Source: Clostridia bacterium (GTDB lineage Bacteria; Bacillota; Clostridia; TANB77; UBA1234). From it: a stretch of DNA of 64,000 nucleotides. Below are positions 58,731 to 64,000 of this stretch, piece by piece (the first letter of the stretch is position 1; each line of letters opens with the position of its first letter). The translations under genes were made by a program, and so were the position numbers. The DNA lies in the NCBI GenBank assembly GCA_017518295.1, contig JAFWVJ010000020.1, positions 131,320 through 195,319 on the forward strand, written 5' to 3'. A model generated the notes under the pieces. That model did not search any database, had not been told where the DNA came from, and saw only the letters and a list, made by a program, of their open reading frames with translations.

Positions 58731-59537
58731 ATGAAAGAAAATATTAAATTAATACTAACAGGTGTTGTGGGATTTTTAATTGGAGGTACATGTGTACTTG
58801 CGGGAAATGCTACCTTAAATGCTATTCTTAACAAAGAAGTAAAAATTAAAATAAATGGTACACCAGTTACTATCACAGACGAAAAAACGAATGAAACATT
58901 ATATCCTATCACATATAATGATAGAACTTATCTACCTGTTAGAAATCTTTCAAATATATTTAATAAAAATATTGGATATGATGTAGATGAAAATGCAGTA
59001 GAAATTGGATTAGCAAATAAAGTAATAAATGTTTATGATAAATGTGAAATAGTAAATGACAAGGCTGATAATTTAACTATTATATATGATTATATGGATG
59101 ATATAGTTACAGGTCGTCATTTAGATAAAAAGTATTTCGATAATGCAATTTATAATTCAACAAATCCTTTAATTGAAGAATTCAATAATACTGCTATAAA
59201 GCTTGCAAAAGAAAATCCAAATAAGAAATATGTTACTTATATTGTTAAAAGTGCAATAGATGAGCATAAAGAATATAACCTTTACATGAGTTTATTTGAG
59301 GGTGATGAGATCTTAGTAACAGATGATGTTATTACTTATATGACAGATGAAAATAACTTTACAGGAATGAGCATATACATTCCTTTGCACGATACTTTTG
59401 AAGAGTTTAAAATTGGAAATGATTTTGCTGGCGAGTATTACTCGGTAAAAGCAATTGGTAAGCTTTATAGTGTTAAAGCCATCGAAGGAAAACAAGCTAT
59501 AGATACAATCGAAAGACGCTATCCTGGAGAAGCCTAA
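58731..59537 (+). CDS. secreted protein with copper amine oxidase N-terminal-like (stalk) domain
   Basis: TM/signal segment followed by …INGTPVTITDEKTNETLYPITYNDRTYLPVRNLSNIF…, typical of the Cu-amine-oxidase N-domain repeat common in Clostridia. GGAGG RBS before ATG 58731. Confidence 0.55.
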   Translation: MKENIKLILTGVVGFLIGGTCVLAGNATLNAILNKEVKIKINGTPVTITDEKTNETLYPITYNDRTYLPVRNLSNIFNKNIGYDVDENAVEIGLANKVINVYDKCEIVNDKADNLTIIYDYMDDIVTGRHLDKKYFDNAIYNSTNPLIEEFNNTAIKLAKENPNKKYVTYIVKSAIDEHKEYNLYMSLFEGDEILVTDDVITYMTDENNFTGMSIYIPLHDTFEEFKIGNDFAGEYYSVKAIGKLYSVKAIEGKQAIDTIERRYPGEA

Positions 59538-59584
59538 AATTTGAGGTAACTTCAATTTGTATAACGAACAAATTGCCAAGCTTT

Positions 59585-59627
59585 TAAGGCTAATTGCAGC
59601 ACAATTGTGTTGTAATTAGCCTTTTTT
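59585..59627 (+). terminator. rho-independent terminator (imperfect hairpin)
   Basis: GGCTAATTGCAGCACAATTGTGTTGTAATTAGCC plus a T6 run. Confidence 0.55.
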
Positions 59628-59746
59628 GTAACATTTATTTAACTTTACTCTTATCTCTAGTATTGGTAAACTATTTATATATTGGGATTATTATAACTTT
59701 ATATAGATTTTAGGTAGTTATTTTTACGAAAAAGGGTGGAGATAGC

Positions 59747-62700
59747 ATGAAAAAATCATCTATTACTATTAAGACGACCATAACTTTATTATTATTGCTA
59801 GCTATAGTTTTTGCATTTTCATCAAGTTATGCTGCAACGGCTTGGGTTAACCAAAATAGTTCGTGGGAAACACAAGGTTGCCGTCTTAATGTTCAAGATA
59901 AAAATACTGGTAAATGGAGTGCGGGTATTTTCCATTATAACTTCGAAAATGATGTTACATGGAATGATGCTGTTAGCATTGGTGACAAATTATATATCGA
60001 TGCATATACTTGTTATAATGGCGGAAAGCTTTGGGTATATGAAGATGATGTTTGCGTACGTGAAATAGATGCAGGTTATCAAGAACATATTTATTTAGAT
60101 TGGACTGTTACAGCTAACAAAACAAGAATTGCTTGTAGTGCATCTGGTTATGCAAGACTAGGAGAACAATTATCAGTAACAATAAATGCAATAGGTGATA
60201 ATCAAGCACCTACTGTTACAATTGCAAAGCCATATGTTGCTTTAAATCCAGCAACAGGAAGAACACTAGCTAGCAATTGTTCAGCAACGAATGCAACAAT
60301 TAATTTAAGCGATAATAAAGGTGTTACAGGTTACTATGTATCAACCAATAGTGCAAAACCTAGTGCAACAGCTTCTGGATGGACAACAATTTCTGCTTCA
60401 ACATCTACATCAAAAACATATACACCAACTGCAGCTGGAGTATACTATGTGTATGCCAAAGATGCTGTTAATAATATAAGTAATGTTGCTTCTTTTGAAG
60501 CTGGTTATTTGCCAGAAGTTCCAAAGCCAGCTGATGTTATAGTTAAGACAACTGAAACTGCTTCATTTGTTGGCGCTCCTTCTAGAGCAACAGCACCATA
60601 TACATATCAATGGTATAAGAATACTTCAAATGCTATTAGCGGTGCAAAAAATAGTACATATTCGTTTACTACTTCAGAAGCAGATAATAATTGTTATTTT
60701 TCATGTGAAGTAACAAACCGTTTTGGATCAACAAAGAGTGATGCTGCTAAATTAACAGTATATTATCCACATGAAGTTACAATTAATATTACAGATCATG
60801 ATGTTAATTTTGATCAAAGAAACTTAAGTATTCCTGTTACTTTTACAAAACAAGGAAATACTAATTCATATACTTATCAGTGGTATAAAGCAAGTTCACA
60901 AACTGCTACTGGTACTAGAATAGTTGGAGCTACTTCTAATCCATATGTTTATACTCCAACAGGAAATGAATCAAATTGGTTTTATTGCGAAGTTGCAAAT
61001 GTTAGACCTAATGGTACAGTTCTTTATACCAAAAGAACAAATAGCGTTCAAGTAACATCAGATATTACAAAACCTACAATAGAATTAGTATCTGTAACTC
61101 CTTCGCCAGAGAATATGAATAAAAATGCTACTTTAACAATTAAGCTTAAAGTATCGGATACAGGTGAGGGATATACAGAAAATGGAAGCAACTTTACAGG
61201 AAGCGACATTAAAGTAATAGTTAAAAATACAGAGCAAACTGGTGCTAGTCGAAATTTAGTTTATACAAGTTCTACAGGAGATGATCATCTTTATACATTA
61301 ACTCTTACAAATGTAACAGGAGATGGAAATCTAAGTTTAAAAATTCCAGCAAATAGTATTGCTGATAGATATGGAAACAAAAATGTTGAAACGCCAATTG
61401 AGTTTTCACCAGTTATATATGTAGATAATACATTACCTCGTATAGATGAAGCAAAGTGTAGTGTAATTAAGACCACACATACTGATCCAGAAAATCAACA
61501 AGTTATTGATCAAACGAATAATAAGTATATAAATAAGTACAAAACAATAACAGCTAGAATTGTTATAGCAGAAGATATTAAATATAATTCAAATGAACTT
61601 ACTGCTGATGATCTTGTAGTAAAAGTTGGAGGCACTGCTTTTAGTTCAGCAACAAAAGAAGTTTCATATGAAGGTGAAGTTACTTCTTCAATTTCAGGAT
61701 TTAAAGGATATTCTTATTTAGTTACTTTGGGAAACATTGAAGGAGACGGAGCGTTAGCATTAAATCTACCTGCCGGTAAGATTAAAGATGATGCAAAAAA
61801 TGAAAATGCATCTCAAGATGTTCCTCTTAAATTAAATGGTACTCAACTAATCGTAGATAATACTGCACCACAAGTATCATTATCTACAAGATTAGGTGGT
61901 TTTGCAGATGATGGAGCAACATTTAACTATACTAGTCAATTAAGTAGTTGGCATGATAATTGGGCAAGAGAAGATGTATATGTAACTGTCAATGTAACTG
62001 ATACAAATGCTACTGCAGTGGGTGATAGAATTTATAGATTCTGTACTAAAGATGATTTCATAGATAGTAGATCTTTAACAAATACATATAGAGATAGACT
62101 AACTGATGAACTTGATCAAGATGTATATTATCGTGTTTATGACCAAGCAGGAAACTACACAACAAAAAGTGTAAATATCAAGATTGATAAGACACCACCG
62201 GAAGCTACTAAAGCAGGTATTTACGAATTAAGAATGAATGGTGCAGAATATATATATGTAGAAACTCAACCATCAAATAAAACATTATATGTTAAAGCAT
62301 TAGATAGAGTAGATAGTGGAAGAATTAAATCTGGCGTAGAAACGAATTCAGAGGCACTTAATACAGCAACTTCTCAATCTGGTGCAACATTAAATGATAT
62401 TCCTTCAGAGTACAAAATGGATATTAGTGGAGCTACATATGGTACTTATTATGTGATTACAAGATATAATAATCCAACAGATAAAGATGTAATAGATTCT
62501 TGGTCATATAAGATTGAAGACCAAGCTCAAGCATTAGTAGAAGATGGCTATTATGAAGTAATAACCACAACAACAGACAATGCAGGTAATACAACAAGAA
62601 GCGAACCATTTAAGATAATAATCAAAAAGAGAGCTGATAATACAATTAGGATTACAAATATGAATGATATGGGCTCTGGATTAAATAAACTAGTTATTAA

Positions 62701-62917
62701 TGTTTATAAAGGAAATGAATCAGATGTTACTATAGGTTCAAATGGAATTGTTACTGATGGAACAAAAGCAATTAAGACAATAGAAGTAAATAATCCATAC
62801 AAAGAATATTCTTCAACTATGAGATTAGGAAGAGGAGAGTTCTATGTAGAAGCAGTCTTATATGATAATGTTGGTTTATTTAATGTTTATAAAAAAGTAA
62901 TTAATAACGACCTATAA
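59747..62917 (+). CDS. large (1056 aa) secreted surface protein with multiple Ig-like/beta-sandwich domains
   Basis: Signal peptide (…LLLLAIVFAFSSSYA). Beta-rich, Thr/Asn/Ser-rich repeats. Repeated YxYQWYK(N/A)xS… modules. Confidence 0.6.
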   Translation: MKKSSITIKTTITLLLLLAIVFAFSSSYAATAWVNQNSSWETQGCRLNVQDKNTGKWSAGIFHYNFENDVTWNDAVSIGDKLYIDAYTCYNGGKLWVYEDDVCVREIDAGYQEHIYLDWTVTANKTRIACSASGYARLGEQLSVTINAIGDNQAPTVTIAKPYVALNPATGRTLASNCSATNATINLSDNKGVTGYYVSTNSAKPSATASGWTTISASTSTSKTYTPTAAGVYYVYAKDAVNNISNVASFEAGYLPEVPKPADVIVKTTETASFVGAPSRATAPYTYQWYKNTSNAISGAKNSTYSFTTSEADNNCYFSCEVTNRFGSTKSDAAKLTVYYPHEVTINITDHDVNFDQRNLSIPVTFTKQGNTNSYTYQWYKASSQTATGTRIVGATSNPYVYTPTGNESNWFYCEVANVRPNGTVLYTKRTNSVQVTSDITKPTIELVSVTPSPENMNKNATLTIKLKVSDTGEGYTENGSNFTGSDIKVIVKNTEQTGASRNLVYTSSTGDDHLYTLTLTNVTGDGNLSLKIPANSIADRYGNKNVETPIEFSPVIYVDNTLPRIDEAKCSVIKTTHTDPENQQVIDQTNNKYINKYKTITARIVIAEDIKYNSNELTADDLVVKVGGTAFSSATKEVSYEGEVTSSISGFKGYSYLVTLGNIEGDGALALNLPAGKIKDDAKNENASQDVPLKLNGTQLIVDNTAPQVSLSTRLGGFADDGATFNYTSQLSSWHDNWAREDVYVTVNVTDTNATAVGDRIYRFCTKDDFIDSRSLTNTYRDRLTDELDQDVYYRVYDQAGNYTTKSVNIKIDKTPPEATKAGIYELRMNGAEYIYVETQPSNKTLYVKALDRVDSGRIKSGVETNSEALNTATSQSGATLNDIPSEYKMDISGATYGTYYVITRYNNPTDKDVIDSWSYKIEDQAQALVEDGYYEVITTTTDNAGNTTRSEPFKIIIKKRADNTIRITNMNDMGSGLNKLVINVYKGNESDVTIGSNGIVTDGTKAIKTIEVNNPYKEYSSTMRLGRGEFYVEAVLYDNVGLFNVYKKVINNDL

Positions 62918-62923
62918 TCAAAT

Positions 62924-62962
62924 AAAAAAAGGATATCTTATTTAATAAGATATCCTTTAATT
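62924..62962. terminator. bidirectional terminator (surface-protein gene / tRNA)
   Basis: AAAGGATATCTTATTTAATAAGATATCCTTT. Confidence 0.7.
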
Positions 62963-62963
62963 T

Positions 62964-63038
62964 TGGTGACCCCTACGGGAATCGAACCCATGATTCGACC
63001 TTGAGAGGGTCGCGTCTTAACCGCTTGACCAAGGGGCC
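62964..63038 (-). tRNA. tRNA-Glu (anticodon CUC), CCA encoded
   Basis: Reverse complement GGCCCCTTGGTCAAGCGGTTAAGACGCGACCCTCTCAAGGTCGAATCATGGGTTCGATTCCCGTAGGGGTCACCA folds as a cloverleaf. Close to Bacillus tRNA-Glu. Anticodon loop CUCUCAA. Confidence 0.85.
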
Positions 63039-63173
63039 AAAATCAACATAAAAAGGCTATAAACCATAACCTTTACCGAACAAACAAGAGTATAGCATAT
63101 AAAATATTATTAAACAAGAGAAAAATGAAGATAACTTGTATAAATTTAGCATTTAAACTATAATAAATCATGA

Positions 63174-63280
63174 TGTGGCGACCGGTGGTCGCCAATGCGA
63201 AAATAAATTAAATGTAATGGCGACCGATGGTCGCCGATACGAAAACAAGTCAAATGTAGTGGCGACCATTGGTCGCCAAT
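63174..63280. repeat. three tandem REP-like palindromic units spaced ~50 bp apart
   Basis: gtggcgaccggtggtcgccaatgcgaaaa… / gtaatggcgaccgatggtcgccgatacgaaaa… / gtagtggcgaccattggtcgccaat. Confidence 0.8.
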
Positions 63281-63294
63281 TAGGAGGATATAAA

Positions 63295-64000
63295 TTGAAA
63301 GATTTTATAAAAAGAATTTTAGTTATTGTAGTATTTATAGCTATTGCTATTTTAATTATAAATAATGCTCCACAATACGAGTTAGATTATAAGTACAAAA
63401 ATGGAGACTTAAGAGTAATCGTTAATGATGTAGAAATTACAAGAAATATATCTAAGCTTCCTGAAGTAGCAGCATTGCATAATGGCAACGTGCTTCTTTC
63501 TTCTAATACAATAGATATATTATTCGATAAAGACTTATTCTATGATCAAAAAAATGATACCTTTATAACTATTTCAGATACTAATAGAGCAGATATTACA
63601 ATTGGTAGTAATACTGTAGTAAAAAATGGAATAGATACGGCGATATCTACACCTGCAATTAAAGTAAATTATGATTATTCTACTGATGATAGATATGAAC
63701 AATCAAAAGAAAATAAAGATGTTTATTATATTCCAATCAAAGATTTAGAGGATATTTATGATATTGATGTGGAATTTAATGATAAATTGATTATCACATC
63801 GAAGGACATAAATCTAAGTAGTTTTGTTGTAAATGAAGATAGAATTGATGTTAAATACTTAGATGATAAAACTTCTAAAACTATTGATACAGCTAAATCT
63901 GGTGATACAATTTATTTATTTGATTATAACGTAGAAAAAGATTTTAACAAAGTTAGAACTCAAAATGGTGAGATTGGTTATTTAAGTAAAGATATAATTG
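63295..64000 (+). CDS. secreted/membrane-anchored protein, partial (continues beyond window); Cu-amine-oxidase-N-like repeats likely
   Basis: GGAGGA RBS then TTG at 63295. Reading LKDFIKRILVIVVFIAIAILII… (N-terminal TM) stays open to the window end. Confidence 0.45.
   Translation, partial: MKDFIKRILVIVVFIAIAILIINNAPQYELDYKYKNGDLRVIVNDVEITRNISKLPEVAALHNGNVLLSSNTIDILFDKDLFYDQKNDTFITISDTNRADITIGSNTVVKNGIDTAISTPAIKVNYDYSTDDRYEQSKENKDVYYIPIKDLEDIYDIDVEFNDKLIITSKDINLSSFVVNEDRIDVKYLDDKTSKTIDTAKSGDTIYLFDYNVEKDFNKVRTQNGEIGYLSKDII

Noticed and set aside
23906-63280. REP-like palindromes as a CRISPR array
   Set aside because: The units are themselves palindromic, and spacing is irregular. At most three copies occur per site, and there are no cas genes in the window.

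Overview
This window is a low-GC (roughly 30% by eye) Firmicutes/Clostridia-type chromosomal stretch with frequent TTG/GTG starts and GGAGG-type RBSs. The housekeeping backbone runs YebC(frag)-dtd, infC(AUU start)-rpmI-rplT, priA-def-fmt, asp23-amaP-DUF2273, nusB-xseA-xseB, rpmE, DUF1385-prmC-whiA, hemW, pnuC, polC, hpf and rpoB-rpoC, plus one tRNA-Glu. Several accessory or unusual segments sit inside it:
(1) A ~600-nt non-coding gap between xseB/DUF212 and a 4-TM DxxxD membrane protein. By synteny and by the features of that protein this looks like an OLE (ornate large extremophilic) RNA gene with its partner oapA. It is followed by a two-gene, compositionally foreign cassette.
(2) A cell-surface island at about 36.3-49.2 kb. 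It holds three paralogous S-layer-type proteins, each with a signal peptide, variable tandem Ig-like repeat cassettes and three C-terminal SLH domains. Interleaved on the opposite strand are three strikingly GC-rich, codon-atypical secreted proteins with Pro/Thr linkers and short Gly-rich repeat motifs ([14 protein letters not shown][YH]GxNPL). All of these genes share a recurrent ~14-bp promoter-proximal motif, AAATTTACATAAAA. This island is the best candidate for something undescribed.
(3) Next to the island is a cytosolic FtsH-like protein with degenerate Walker A/B motifs but an intact HEAGH site.
(4) A family of short palindromic REP-like repeats (GTAGTGGCGACC-N4-GGTCGCC) is scattered in intergenic regions.
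(5) Two conserved genes, fmt and whiA, each show a single-base +1 frame disruption caused by an extra C before GG.
(6) Other features are a large alpha-2-macroglobulin-like secreted protein, a transglutaminase-SLH protein, and a pnuC/NrtR-like module.
No CRISPR array, transposase or integrase was seen.
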